Shown in pieces: positions 23,087 to 36,729 of a stretch of 64,000 nt of DNA. A model generated the notes under the pieces. The model did no database searches, had not been told where the DNA came from, and saw nothing but the letters and a program-made list of their open reading frames with translations. Source of the DNA: Guillardia theta CCMP2712. Lineage: Eukaryota; Protista; Cryptophyta. Position numbers and translations under genes: made by a program. The first letter of the stretch is position 1, and the number at the start of each line of letters is the position of its first letter. The stretch spans positions 62,001 to 126,000 of the forward strand of contig NW_005434569.1 in assembly GCF_000315625.1 (NCBI RefSeq). The letters are read 5' to 3'.

Positions 23087-25489
23087 AGTCTTGTCGGGAC
23101 AATGCCGGCCCTCACATCACCCACATCACCAGCGCTTCCTGTGCCTGAAGCGCCATCACCGAGTCCGACAGCTTCCACATCGCTACGACAAGGACAGAGA
23201 GGCGGCTGAGGGTTGTGATGGCGCTGTACAGTGACGAGTGAAGCCTCTTCCTCAGCCACCATAGCCTGAACTGCAACCATGCTCGATCAATCCGCAATCT
23301 TGCATTCGTTCGGCTTACCTTGCGAGATGGTTCTGTGTAATTCGGCAGGACAAAGTGAAGGAAAGGTAGACGCTGCAGGACTAGAAAGATGAGCATCCTG
23401 TTCATCATCACCAGCAGCTGGCCAATAATCGCGTGCCAGACAGCAATTGTTTCATGAGTTCGGCTTGCTGCGAGGGTGTCCGGTGAGCTCGCGGTTTCAG
23501 CCACTTGATTTGCATGGTCCTTCTTACGGAAAGACGGCAAGTCATTCTGCTGATGCTGCTCTTGACGGGATGTGACCGACGTACATCTTGACAGCAAGAC
23601 TATGCTCCTGCAGAGACAGTAGAGAGTGCATATCTGCAAGACCTCATTCATGCAAGGGACAACAAACCATGTCTTACCTGTAGGAGAGACAAGAACAGGG
23701 GGGCTAGTCCCACACAATGAAACAATTTATCGCCGAATTCGGAAAGGTAAGAAGATCCCTTCTTCTTTACAAGCTGTTCCATCCAAAAACAACAACAAAC
23801 ATTACTCTCTGATTTTGACATTCGATTAAATGCACCTTCTTATGTTCCGGTTCTGACGATCCAACGATCCAATGCCAGATATCGTCTTTTGTGCTCCCAT
23901 AGAATTTCTGGCTCCAACCGTTTTGTCTGAATTTGATTTCGTTTTTCAGAGATTCTAGGTCCTTGAACCTGATAAGTCATGAGTTTGCGTCTGTTGAAAT
24001 CAGAAGTATCAGGGCACCTCCAACAATCCCGAAGATTCATCCTCTCGTTTGCAAACACATTCTCGAAGAAGATCGATGCATCTGAATAGGCCTAAAGTGC
24101 ATATCACGGACTATCGGCAAGCACTCGACTCGTCAACCAGAAGCAGCGATATCATCGACGACATTATGTAAAGTGGAACCTACAAAAAAGAAGCGGGGTC
24201 AACTATGAAGTACCATATTAGCACATTGCAACACATGGAATCTAGAGCTTGCTGTTTCTGGGCCAACGACAACATTCGCGTTGTGAGTTCTGACTGTGCT
24301 GGACATCTCTTTGCCACACAAGTGAGGAGGAGCAAGAGCAGCACAACGGCATCTCACCTGGATCGCAACCCTGTACCCTTAGCAACGCAGGAACATGAAG
24401 AGTCGGATTCCCCGTGGACGATGCTTGCGGGACATCCTTCAGACTCTCCTTCCAAGGAATCCTGCGGATTGCACGCAAAAATCGTCTGATAGGATGGCCT
24501 CTGGCTCCACGTGACTCCGGTCTGACCCCATCACGGCTCCCTCCTCCTGCCCCCCTTCCTTGGTTCGACCTGATGGAGCATCTCACATGGACCAGAAGGC
24601 TCGAATGAGCATCTTACATGCCATGCGAGGATCGAGACAGCACGAAAACAATGAGATGAAGGACGCACGGCAGGAGGGCAAGGTTTACCGTACAGCACAG
24701 CGCAGCCTGTAGCAGGTCGATCAGCAAACATCAAAACACAGGCAAAAGAAGTAAACCACGATCTGTACGAGTGTGCCGACAAACAACTGGGAAGCAAGAG
24801 CATCAGCATTAAAAACTATCAAGCCATGACTTACAGTGACTTCCCATGTGGAATGGTGACAGAAGTCAGTTGAGAATGTCCGTGTGCCTCTTTCTGGCCT
24901 GTTGAATACTCCTCCGACTTTCATTGATTCCCCTCCTCCTCTCATTGATTGGACGCGTCCAGACGAAGCAAAAGTTCCGCGCATGCCTGTAATCGTGCCA
25001 CTGTCTAACGGAATGGCGGCATAATCTCGCGTAGTGATCAACATGACAGCGATTGGATCACGAAATGGTTGGCGAAATCTCACGAGCAATAACGGGTCTG
25101 TACGGATTCACATTTTCCGACATCATTTCCAATATTCCTGACGTGAAACATGATGGAGCAGGAAACATCTTCCCTCCGGCATATTGTACATCATTGCTCC
25201 ATTCTCTTCCGTGCAAACCCCCCCCCCTCCGTTGAAAGCTTTAACCTCTTCGGAACTCCTACCCGGCTACTCAGACGTTGATGTTCTACAGCACCACTTG
25301 CACCATGCTGTCCTTCTCGACAGTGTACTACAAGGTTCTTCATCATACTGCAGGTGATGTTCTTGTAGACGTCTCGCGCGCATACTCCTCCTCCTCCTCC
25401 TCCTCCTCCTCCTCCGCCCACTCCGTCCTATTCACCACCTGGTGGTGCTCGCAAAGTGAAACTTTAAAGCTTCAGAACTGTCCTAGTTG

Positions 25490-25533
25490 AAACTTTCAAA
25501 CTTTCAAACTTTCAAACTTTCAAACTTTCAAAC
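25490..25533. repeat. (AAACTTTC)5.5 octamer tandem repeat
   Basis: Five perfect copies plus a partial, about 60 nt upstream of ATG 25591. Confidence 0.9.
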
Positions 25534-25590
25534 GTTGACTTGTCGAGAGCCCTCATCTCCACACTGACCCAAGGACACGGAAATAGATCA

Positions 25591-26270
25591 ATGGTGAGTT
25601 CCGCGAGAGGGTGAAGAAGTGACCAGGAGCATGACGACCGTAGTGATCAAGGATAGTACAGCACAATGAAGGCACTCATGTATCATGAAAGAAACAAGAA
25701 GATATTTGTTGATGCTCTGACAACCCGCTTGCCGAAAGAAGGCTATATTGTTCTGCTGTTCTTTATGATGAACGGTTGGTTTCCATGCTCTGCCATGCAG
25801 TGGACTGGAGAAAGTCGTTTAGTTCGATCAGAATATCATTGAAAGTATGAGGATGTTAAATGGTTGTTGTGAAAACGGATATGATGTATAAAATGCTCAC
25901 ATACACTTTACAAGACAAATACTGCACACAGAGATAGATTGTAAGTGATGACAGGATGGTGTTCTTGATGACTTGCTCCTACTTCTCGTTCTTGTCCTTT
26001 CTAATTGGACTTCAGTTCACAGAGCTCCACAAGCTTGTCCATAAGACAGCAAAGGCGAAGAAGGCGCCCAAGAGCGCGGTGGCGACTGGCCCGACTATGT
26101 CGGCATCCCAGGCTGCTTTCATTGTGAACCTGAGGAACAAGGTAGATGCGCAGTTGGATACTCTCGGGCATACATGTGAGAAGAGCTGATGATGATGAGG
26201 CTGGTGAGATGACCTGGTATGACAGGCCTCGATGGGGAGTGCGGAGGCAACTGAAGGGTCAGGAAGGTAA
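25591..26270 (+). CDS. Small basic hypothetical protein whose first coding exon is ATG only; 3' end uncertain
   Basis: ATG|GTGAGT at 25591 and acceptor TTCAG at 26015 give MFTELHKLVHKTAKAKKAPKSAVATGPTMSASQAAFIVNLRNK. Confidence 0.45.
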
Positions 26271-27038
26271 CAAGCTGGGGTAGCTGAGTGCCGTGCGGTG
26301 AAGGCATGCAGAGCAAACTTGCTGTAGGAATTTTTTGACGATTTTGTTTGTATTTATTGATTTAATGGAAGAAGAGGGATGGGATTCTCGTTCGATCGCC
26401 TCTCGATAAGAGCAGAGTGTTGTCTTGCATTCTGAGGAGTTGATGATATAATTCAACAACGGATCCTACGAGTCCAATGCATAGAGTCCGAATCGAGAAT
26501 CAGGAAATACAGATACTGATTTCGATGTCTTCGAAGGGAATACTTGTTGTTCTGAGCCAGGCCGTCTGACAAACTCGGTGCCTACATGCGATGGTGTTGT
26601 GAACAGTAAAAAAGAAGGATTCAAGGGGCTCGGACTAACTGATAGAAAAAGAACATAGACAAAGTCACACAAAATACTGTGAAAGATCATATGCTGACAC
26701 GATACACAAATTTAGCTCTACAACTTAACCTGGGCATACTGGGTGACAGTACGACGCTTACAGTGAAGCACAAACTTAGAAAGTATGATTTGCCCTCGGA
26801 TTAGCAACGGACATCAGCGGCTGAGTGCCTCTTTCCTGCAATGGATCCACGTCTTCTTCTTCTTTACTAACTGTCTGAGCTAGCCGTAAGGCACTGCCAG
26901 CTGCCTCGTGACTTGAACTGATCAAATTCATCTACAGGGTTCACTTACGGTTTCCGAGGCTGAGTCTCTGCGGCATTTTTCCTGAGTCCGGTGCTTTCCT
27001 ATTACTCTAGTTAAGTTACTCAACAAGTTGGCGAGTTT

Positions 27039-30000
27039 ATGAATTCGAGCTCCCCTCAGAAGAGGTATAGCAATTATCCGAGGACAGCAATTGACGTGAT
27101 CGATCGATTCGATTGCAACCTTGACGTTTTTCTTCCAACGGTTGAGAGGGGGGACCGCAGTATGGAGGGGGGGAAGGGGCGGAGTATGAGGAGGAGGGAG
27201 GAGGAGGAGGATATCAACATGCTGGCGGTGGCGGAGAGGCTTCAGACTGCAAGTAGACGAGATGATGGGAAGATGCTGTCCAACGGGGTAGCGCTGGAGC
27301 TGTTTGACTTGACGGGGATGAAGACGCTAACTAGGCAGTACGAGGAGGAGCTGGACTTCTTGATGCGCGCAAGAGGCCATCCAGGGATGAAGGTGGTGGA
27401 TATGAACACTCTCTCTGAGAAGAAGAAAACAGAGAAGAACAGCAAAATCACCATCACGAAACAGAGATCGTTCGATGCCCGCGGCTCAGAGGTCCATTCC
27501 GTTGATACCCTGCATGCGTCAGCGTCAGTCAAAACTGGGACTCAGGCTGTTCAGTTCTTTGCGACAGCGGATGAGAGCGAAGAGACGAAAGTGATGTTTC
27601 TCAACCGATGTGACACGGGCTTGGACTTCCGACCATATGACCTCGTCGTTGTTCCAAGAGAAGAGATAAAACAAGAGCATTTCACTATTTCAGCCTCGGG
27701 AGTTGTTCATATCAATCCTGGTGAACCTGCCCAGTTCACGCCCCTGTCAGAGTGGTGGAGAGCTTCTTCTATCTTCGGCACTCTCCGGACGATTCCATTC
27801 TTCAAGAACTACCTCGTTGCGAAAACTCGAATGCTGTGGTATGAAAACGTGAGATATAGAAAGTATTGTCAAGTTCGACGTCGTCTAGTGTCGCGGCTCT
27901 TCCTGGCTAAGAAAGCTTTCTTCTCGATCCTGATGGAGATCAACAGACAAACCTTCGACTTGAGAAACGTCAAGTTCATTCAAGTGAAGGACAAAACAAC
28001 CTACTCTATCGACGACTTCGCTGAGAGTCAAACAGTGGTCAGATCGCAGGCGACCAAGGTGTTTGAGGGCATCTGCGACAAGGTTCAGACGCTCTTGGAG
28101 AAAGTCTGTGAAGACGTCTCGTCGCGTGTCAGGCAGTTGGAACTTGGCCCCAAGGAAGACGAGGAGAAGAACGCGAGTGGCAAAGTAAGAAGCAAATCCA
28201 TGCAGCAGGAGAAGCAGGAGGCGATCGCAAGGCAGAAATCGTTGGCCCTGGCGCGGCAGGAGGTGGGTCTTCTGACTAACTTCATCCGGCTGGCGGACTA
28301 CATGATGGTGGAAAGTTTGATGACGCTGACGGTTGAGAGCACGGAGGACTTCCTAGTGATGCTGCAGTCCAACCACAAGGTGGGAGTTTACAGCATCACG
28401 CTCAGCATGGCAAGAGGTCGAATCTTGTACTCTCCCGAGCTCTCTGACATCCAGGCGATGATGGAGATCTTCTTGGATGCGCTGCTCAACTGTGTGCAGT
28501 CAGTGCCGAGATTGTTGTACATGTCGGTATTCAAGCCTCACTTCGACGACAAAGTCATTGGGCCCAACTTGATGGACATGATTAAGACGAGTACAGTCTG
28601 GAAGCAAATCTGCAAAGAGATCGACGAGGTGATCTTGCGAGACTTCAACGACATGGTCTCCTACAGCGACTTTGCAAAGGCGTACTTCCCCATCTTCGAG
28701 TACTCCGCAGACTACGATCACGATGCGTTCAAGAACCAAGACCATCTGCAAAACAGCAGGTCGATCAAGCTTGAGATGTTGAAACTCAGAGGATGGGGAG
28801 AAGACTTGGATCGAATGAAGCTGCAGAACGTGAACGGGATCTTCCAGGTGGACAGCAAGACCCTGAAGCATTTCCTGGTGAGCGAGAAGGACAGGGTGTT
28901 GGAGGACATGAAGTCCGTGGTCCTCGAAGCTGCAAAGGAGAGCTGTGCAAAGGTGTTGTCCGACTTCCAGCAGAAAATCAAGATGCTGTCGAAGAAGCCT
29001 ACCTCTCTCAAAGACTTCGCGTCCTACGTGGAAACGAAGAACGCCATCACTAACGAGCTGAAGCTGCTCATGACTTCGTCGCAGACTGTAGACGAGATGT
29101 ACAAGGTGCTGGTGCAGTTTGACGTTCGGATCCCCTCAGCACAGATGGTCCTGCTTGACGACCTGCACGCCGTCAACTCGCAGTTTCAGATGCACCTGGA
29201 CGGGGCAGAGACGGAAGTAAGCGGAAAGATCTCACAGATGTCATCGACCCTCAAGAGTCAGATCAACAAACTTGACGATCAGCTCATGAATATCATGGCT
29301 TCCCTGGGCTCCGGCATCGTCCTCGACCCCGAGGCCGACTGCAAGGACGTGCTGGAGTTCCTGAGCGAGTCCAAGGTAGTCATCGACGACATCAAGCTCG
29401 ACGCGGAGACGTACTCGCACTATCAGAAGCTCTTCGGCCTCCCTCAGCACGAGTACGGGAACCTGATGACGGCGAGCGACATGTTCGACAAGAAGCAGGA
29501 GGTCTGGAAGACGATCAACGACTGGGAGGACAATGTCTTCGACTGGCAGTCGCAGAGCTGGTTCAAGCTGAAGCCCGACGACATGGACAAGGAGATCCAG
29601 TCGATGACGAAGCTTGCCACAAAGTTGCACAAGAGGGACAACGACGCGGTGTCAGAGCGACTGAAGCAGTCCGTCATGCGATGGAAGGGCTTCACTCCTG
29701 TCCTCGTCGCCCTCGGGAACCCAGCGCTCAAGGAGAGGCACTGGAAGAAAATCTTCGAGGCCATGCAGGTGCCGTACCAGCAGGACTTCACGCTCATGGA
29801 CCTGATCCAGTGGAACGTGTTCATGATCAAGGACACAGTGGAGGAGGTGTCTGGGGTGGCATCTGGGGAGATGGCGCTGGAGCTACAGCTGCAGAAGATC
29901 GAGACGGCATGGAGCGAACTCAAGTTCCAAGTCAAGAATTACAGAGACACCAAAGATGTCTTCATTCTAGGAGGTGTTGCCTCTTCCTTCCCCCCTTCCC

Positions 30001-33000
30001 TCCTCCTCCTCCTCCTCCTCCTCCTCTTCCTCCTTCCAACATTCTCCGTGTTCCCCCCGTGATGCTTTCCTTGCCTCCCTTCGCTCGCTCCCTCTCTTCC
30101 TTCCTTGCCTGCCTAACTGCCTTCTCCTCTCTTTGTTCGCCTCCTCCTACCCGCCCCTTGCTCTCGCGCTCGATCGCATTGTCCTGACGCGCTTTTGCTG
30201 CAAAGGCCTCGACGAAGTCTTCGCTCAGCTGGAGGACAACCAGGCGGCGCTGCAAACGATGCTCGCCTCCCGCTTCGTGGTCGGCATCAGGGCCGAGGTG
30301 GAGAGCTGGGACAAGAAACTCTCCCTCCTCTCCGAGACCCTCGACGAGTGGCTGGCGGTACAGCGGTCTTGGATGTACCTCGAGAGCATCTTCGGCGCCC
30401 CGGACATTCAGAAGCAGCTGCCGCAGGAGACTGTTCAGTTCCTCCGGGTGGACCAGAGCTGGAAAGACACCATGAGGAAGACCAAGAAGCGGCCTAACTG
30501 CATCGAGGCCTGCACAGCTGAGGGGGTGCTGGGCTTGTTCCAGGAGGCCAATAAGGTGCTGGAGAAGATTCAGAAGAGCCTGGAGGACTACCTGGAGACC
30601 AAAAGGATGGGATTTCCCCGCTTCTATTTCCTCTCCAACGACGAGCTGCTCGAGATCCTCTCTCAGACCAGGGACCCCAAGGCGGTTCAGCCCCATCTCC
30701 GCAAGTGCTTCGACGCCATGGCGTCTGCAGACTTCGAGGAGGGGCCTCCCCTCGAGGGCCAGACCGCTCCCTCCATCCAGCTCGCTGCCATGAACAGCGC
30801 AGAGAAGGAGAAGGTCGTCTTCAGCCGCCCCGTCGCCACGGCCCCCAAGAGTGTGGAGTTCTGGATGTGCGACTTGGAGTTCATGATGCGGCAGACCCTG
30901 TTGGACTGGACCATCAAGGCGCGTGCGGCGTACAACGATGACGTCAGAGAGACTTGGTTCTTCCAGTTCCCCGCCGCCTCCATCTCCACCATCGACCAGG
31001 AGGCCTGGACGCGCCTGGCGACCGTCGCAATCACATCCATCACAGACGGCAGCAACCCCAACGGCCTGCTGGACTTCCAGAAGTACTCGATCGAGCAGAT
31101 CGACAAGATGGTCGGAGTGATCCGCAACGACCTGACCAACATCCAGCGGTCAGTCATGGCAAACCTGATCGTCATAGACGTCCACGCCCGTGACGTCACC
31201 AAGAGGCTCATAGCCGACAGAGTCACCTCCGTCACTGACTTCGCCTGGATCTGTCAGCTGCGCTACTACTGGGACGAGGAGAGCATCAGTGACCAGCATG
31301 GGGTGCTGGTGAAGCAGACGAACGCCTCCTTCTTCTATGGCTGGGAGTACCTCGGCGTCGTCCCTCGCCTCGTTATCACCCCCCTCACCGACAAGTGCTT
31401 CATGACTCTTACTGGTGCCCTCAACCTCCTCCTCGGCGGAGCTCCGGCGGGCCCTGCGGGGACAGGCAAGACTGAGTCAGTGAAGGACCTCGGGAAGGCG
31501 CTGGCGATGCCTGTGGTTGTCTTCAACTGCTCTGACGGCCTCGACTACAAGATGATGGAGAAGTTCTTCGCCGGGCTGGCGCAAGCGGGCGCCTGGGCCT
31601 GCTTCGACGAGTTCAACAGGATCGACATCGAGGTGCTGTCAGTGATCGCACAGCAGATCATGACGATACAGAACGCGCTCAAGGCCTACGCCGAGCGGTT
31701 CGAGTTCTTCGGCAAGGTGATCGGGCTCAACAGGAACTACGGCTGCTTCATCACTATGAACCCCGGGTACGCCGGGAGGACGGAGCTGCCCGACAACCTC
31801 AAGGCGCTGTTCCGGCCCATGGCGATGATGGTGCCGGACTACGCGCTCATCGCAGAGATCATGCTCTTCTCCGAGGGCTTCGGCGACTCTCTCACGCTCG
31901 CTCGCAAGCAGACGGCCATGTACCGGCTGGCGTCGGAGCAGGTGTCGGCCCAGGACCACTACGACTTCGGCATGAGGGCGGTGAAGTCTGTGCTGGTGAT
32001 GGCGGGGAAGCTAAAGCGAGCAGACCCAAACATGGTGGAGGACGTGACTCTCATCCGAGCTCTGCGCGACAGCAACATCCCCAAGTTCCTCTCGCACGAC
32101 ATTCCGCTCTTCGAGGCGATCCTCCGCGACCTGTTCCCAGGGGTGGAGGTGCCTGCCGTGGACTACGGGACGATCAAGTCGTACATCGAGCAGGAGCTGG
32201 TCGGACAGAAGCTGCAGATCATTGGGCCGTTCGTAGGAAAGATCATCCAGCTGCACGAGACCATGATAGTGCGCCACGGGATCATGTTGGTAGGGGTCAC
32301 AGCCGTCGGCAAGACGACGGTGTCGACGACTCTTGCTCGCACATTCACCAAGATGAAGGAGGACGGGATCGAGCACTTCGATAGGGTCGACCGCTACACC
32401 CTCAACCCCAAGTCCATCACCATGGGAGAGCTCTACGGAGAGTTCAACCTCCTGACTCTCGAGTGGACTGACGGCATCATCTCCACCATCGTCCGAGAAG
32501 CATGCAACTCCGTGGCGGAGGGAGACACGGCCAAGAAGTGGATCAACTGCGACGGGCCAGTCGACGCCATCTGGATCGAGTCGATGAACACTGTACTAGA
32601 CGATAACAAGACGCTCTGCCTCAACAACGGTGAGAGGATCAAGTTGCCCGCTACCATGTCCATGCAGTTCGAGGTCAACGACTTGGCCGTTGCGTCTCCC
32701 GCCACGGTCAGTCGATGCGGCATGGTCTACCTCGAGCCCGTCTACCTCGGATGGAAACCGCTCGTCACCTCCTGGGCCTCTTACGTCCTCGCCGAGCGAT
32801 TCCCCGAGAGCGAGAGCAAGGTGCTCGAGCTCTTCGAGAAGACGGTGGATCCTGCGCTGTTCTTCGTGAGGAGGGAGTGTAAAGAGAACATCGTCTCGAC
32901 CGACGTCAACCTCGTCTGCAGCATGTTCAACCTCCTCGACGCCCTCCTGCGCGACACCCACGGGGTGACGGTTGACAACTTTGACAGCATGCTGCCCAAC

Positions 33001-34669
33001 GTCTTCGTCTTCTCCTTCGTCTGGTCCATAGGTGGCAACCTCAACGACTCCTCCCTCCCAAAGTTCAACGGCTTCGCCCGCGAGCTCCTGGCCGGCCTCG
33101 GCCTCTCCCTGCCTTCCACTCCCTCCCTGTACGACAGCAAGGTCGACGAGCAGTCGGGAGCATGGAGCCACTGGGAGCAGTCCGTCCCGTCCTTCACCTA
33201 CAAGAAGGAGCTTCCCTTCTTCAACCTCATCGTCCCAACCATCGACTCAACCAGGGTCAAGTTCCTGATTCGGGCGGACATCGACGCCGGTTTTCACGTC
33301 CTCATTGGGGGAAACTCTGGCGTCGGCAAGACCGTCATGATCCAGGACTACCTCGAGAGCGCGGGAGAGAAGTTCGTGTTCCAGACCAAGTCGTTCTCAG
33401 CTCAGACCTCAGCCCGGGCCCTGCAGGCCTTCTTTGAGGAGAAGCTGGAGAAGATCAGGAAGAACCTGCTGGGCCCGCCGTCGGGCAAGAACTTCGTCTT
33501 CTTCATCGACGACCTGAACATGCCCATGACGGAGAAGTACGGGGCCCAGCCTCCTATCGAGCTGCTGCGGCAGATTATCAACGTCAAAGATGACAAGAAT
33601 GGAGGGTTCTACGACCTCAAGAAGATCGGCCTCTTCAAGCGCGTCCAGCATACCCAGTTCATCGCCGCTAACGCTCCTCCCGGGGGCGGACGGTCCGTGG
33701 TCACTGCCCGCCTCCTCCGCCACTTCCATCTCATCAACATCCCGGACCTGTCCGCCTCCACCATGAAGAAGATCTTCGTCTCCATCGCCAACGGCTTCTT
33801 CGCCGACTGGCCCTCCGACTTTGCGGGGCTTGCTGAGCCCCTGGTGGAGGGGACGCTGGGGGTGTACCAGGATATTCAGCAGGCGCTGCTGCCCATCCCC
33901 TCCAAGAGCCACTACACCTTCAACCTCCGCGACCTCGCCAAGGTCATCCAGGGTATCCTCATGGTGGAGGCGAAGCACGTGGAGGACGTGAACGCGCTGC
34001 TCCGGCTCTGGTGCCACGAGAGCTCTCGAGTCTTCCGCGACCGCCTGGTGGACGAGCACGACAGGAGCTGGTACGACGACAAGCTGGTGGAGGTGCTGGA
34101 GAAGAACTTCTCCAAGGCCTGGGGGGCCAGCGCGTTCGTGGACGTGGTGTGGGGAGACTTCTTGCAAGGGGAAGGGTCGCCCTACCTGGAGATCGCAGAC
34201 ATGGAGCTCGCAGCCTCCAAGTTGAAGGAGTTTGCGGAGGACTACACGCTCAACCTCAACAAGCCCATGGACCTCGTCTTCTTCAAGGACGCCATCCAGC
34301 ATGTCGGCAGGATCTCCCGCCTCCTTCGCCAGCCCCGTGGCAACGCGCTGCTGGTGGGAGTGGGAGGGAGCGGGAGGCAGAGCCTGACTCGGCTGGCGTC
34401 CTTCATAGCGGACATGAAGTGCTTTCAGATCGAGCTGTCGCGAGGATACGGTCTGAACGAGTTCCACGAGGACCTGAAGAAGCTGCTGATTCAGGCGGGG
34501 GCGGAAGGAAAGCCGACGGTCTTCTTGTTCACGGACACACAGATCGTGAAGGAGAGTTTCTTAGAAGACATCAACAACATCCTCAATGCTGGTACATCCT
34601 TCCTTCCTCCTTCCCTCATCCTCACCCTGCATGAATGCTGCTCCTGCTCCTGCTCCCGCTCCCGCTCCC

Positions 34670-34761
<92 letters not shown>

Positions 34762-36687
34762 TCATCTCCTCCGCACTCTTTCCTCTCCCTCTCCTCTTCT
34801 TCTTCTCTCTCAGTTTGTTGTTCCTCATCTCACAAGTCTTATTCAGGTGAAGTACCCGACCTATTTGCAAACGATGAGATGAGCAAGATCATTGATGCTG
34901 TTCGTCCCAAGGCAAAGGCTGCCGGCAGGTGAGACGCGTCAATGATGATGACGATGATGATCACGATGACGATGACGATGATGATGATGATTGCAAGGCT
35001 GGAGACAAAGGACTCTATCTATTCCTACTTTGTCCAACTTTGTCGAGAGAATCTTCATTGCGTCCTTGCTTTCAGGTGATTTGAACGCCCTTTTCTTCTC
35101 TATCTCTCCTCGCTTTCTCTCTCTTCCTCCTCCTCGCCCTCCTCTCTTCATCTTGCCTCCTATCTTCGGCCACCACAACCAGCTTTCCTTCGCTCCTCAC
35201 TTCTCCTCCTCTCTTGCTGATCTTCCGTCAGTCCCGTCGGAGATTCATTCAGGAATCGCCTCCGCATGTTCCCATCGCTCGTCAACTGCTGCACCATCGA
35301 CTGGTTCATGTCATGGCCCGAGGACGCGCTCATATCCGTTGCTAAACAGTTCCTTGCCAAGGTGAACTCCCCGCATGCATCTCCTTCTCCCCTTGCTCCT
35401 CCTCCTCCTCCTCCTCCTCCTCCATCGCCCTCTCCCCCTCCCCCTTCTTCCTCCTCTCCCCTTCCTCCTCCTCTTCCTCTTCCTCCTCCTCTCCCTTCTT
35501 TGCCCCCCTCTCTTCCTCCTCTTCCTCCTTTATCTCCTTATTGTCTTCTTCCGCTACATCTACTACCACCTCCTCCTACATCTCCCTCCCTCACGACATC
35601 ATCGTGAAACTTGCTCTCTCTCCCGTCCTCCTCTTCACCATCCTGCAGATCGATCTCGGCAGCACGGCTATCAGGAACGCCGTCTGCAACGTCTGCATGA
35701 CCATCCACTCCTCCGTGCGCAGCTGCGCCGCCAAGTTCCTGCAAGAGCTTAGGAGGCACACCTACACCACTCCCACCAGCTACCTTGAGCTGATCAACAT
35801 GTACACGTCGATGCTGGAGCAGGAGAGGAAGACCATCAACGACAAGGTGGAGCGCTACCAGAGCGGATGCGACAAGCTGGAGGCGACCAACGCCATGGTG
35901 TCGCAGCTCCAGGCTGAGATCATCAAGTTGCAGCCCGTGCTGGAGGTTGCGGGGAGAGAGACGACGGAGCTGATCAGTGTCGTCACCAAGGACAAGGAGG
36001 CGGCTGCTGTGGTGCAGGCCAACGTGGAGCAGGAGGCGACCAAGGTGAATCAGGCGACGAAGGAGGCAAATGCGATCAAGGAGGACGCACAGAAGGACCT
36101 GGACGAGGCTCTTCCTGCCTTCGACTCTGCGGTGAAGGCGCTCAAGGCGCTGAACAAGAACGACATCACGGAGATCAAGTCGTTCAGCAAGCCGCCGGAG
36201 ATGGTGCAGACGGTGATGGAGGCTGTGTGTATCCTCAAGGGAGTGAAGCCCAACTGGGACGAGAGCAAGAAGGTGGGTGATCATTATCATGATGAAAAGG
36301 AGGAGGAGGAGGAGGAGGAGGAGGAGGAGGAGGAGGAGGAGATTGGTATATGACCTTACGTGATATGATGCTGCAGCTGCTGAACGACAACAACTTCCTC
36401 GTTGGTCTTGAAACCTATGACAAAGACAATATCTCGGAAAAGATCATCCGCGGGCTTCAGAAATACATCAACAACCAAGATTTCGTGCCTGATAAGGTAA
36501 GATGAAGACAGATGAAATAGCAGGAGAAGCAAGGGATCAATGGAATACAGATAGTGATGAGACAGAGGGAGGGAGGGAGGGAGGGAAGGTGGGAGCGAGA
36601 CAGAGCGGAAGAGAGAAGGGAGAGAGGGAGGAAGGAAAGGAGCACAGGGACGAGGACGAGGACGAGGATGAGGACGAGGACGAGGAT

Positions 36688-36729
<42 letters not shown>

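Noticed and set aside
15507-23822. Exact 16-mer CTCTGATTTTGACATT at 15507 and 23807
   Set aside because: About 0.5 such matches are expected by chance in 64 kb, and the flanks do not extend.
23100-25420. Possible minus-strand spliced gene(s)
   Set aside because: Some splice-like sites and short ORFs exist, but I could not build a consistent frame or recognise a motif.
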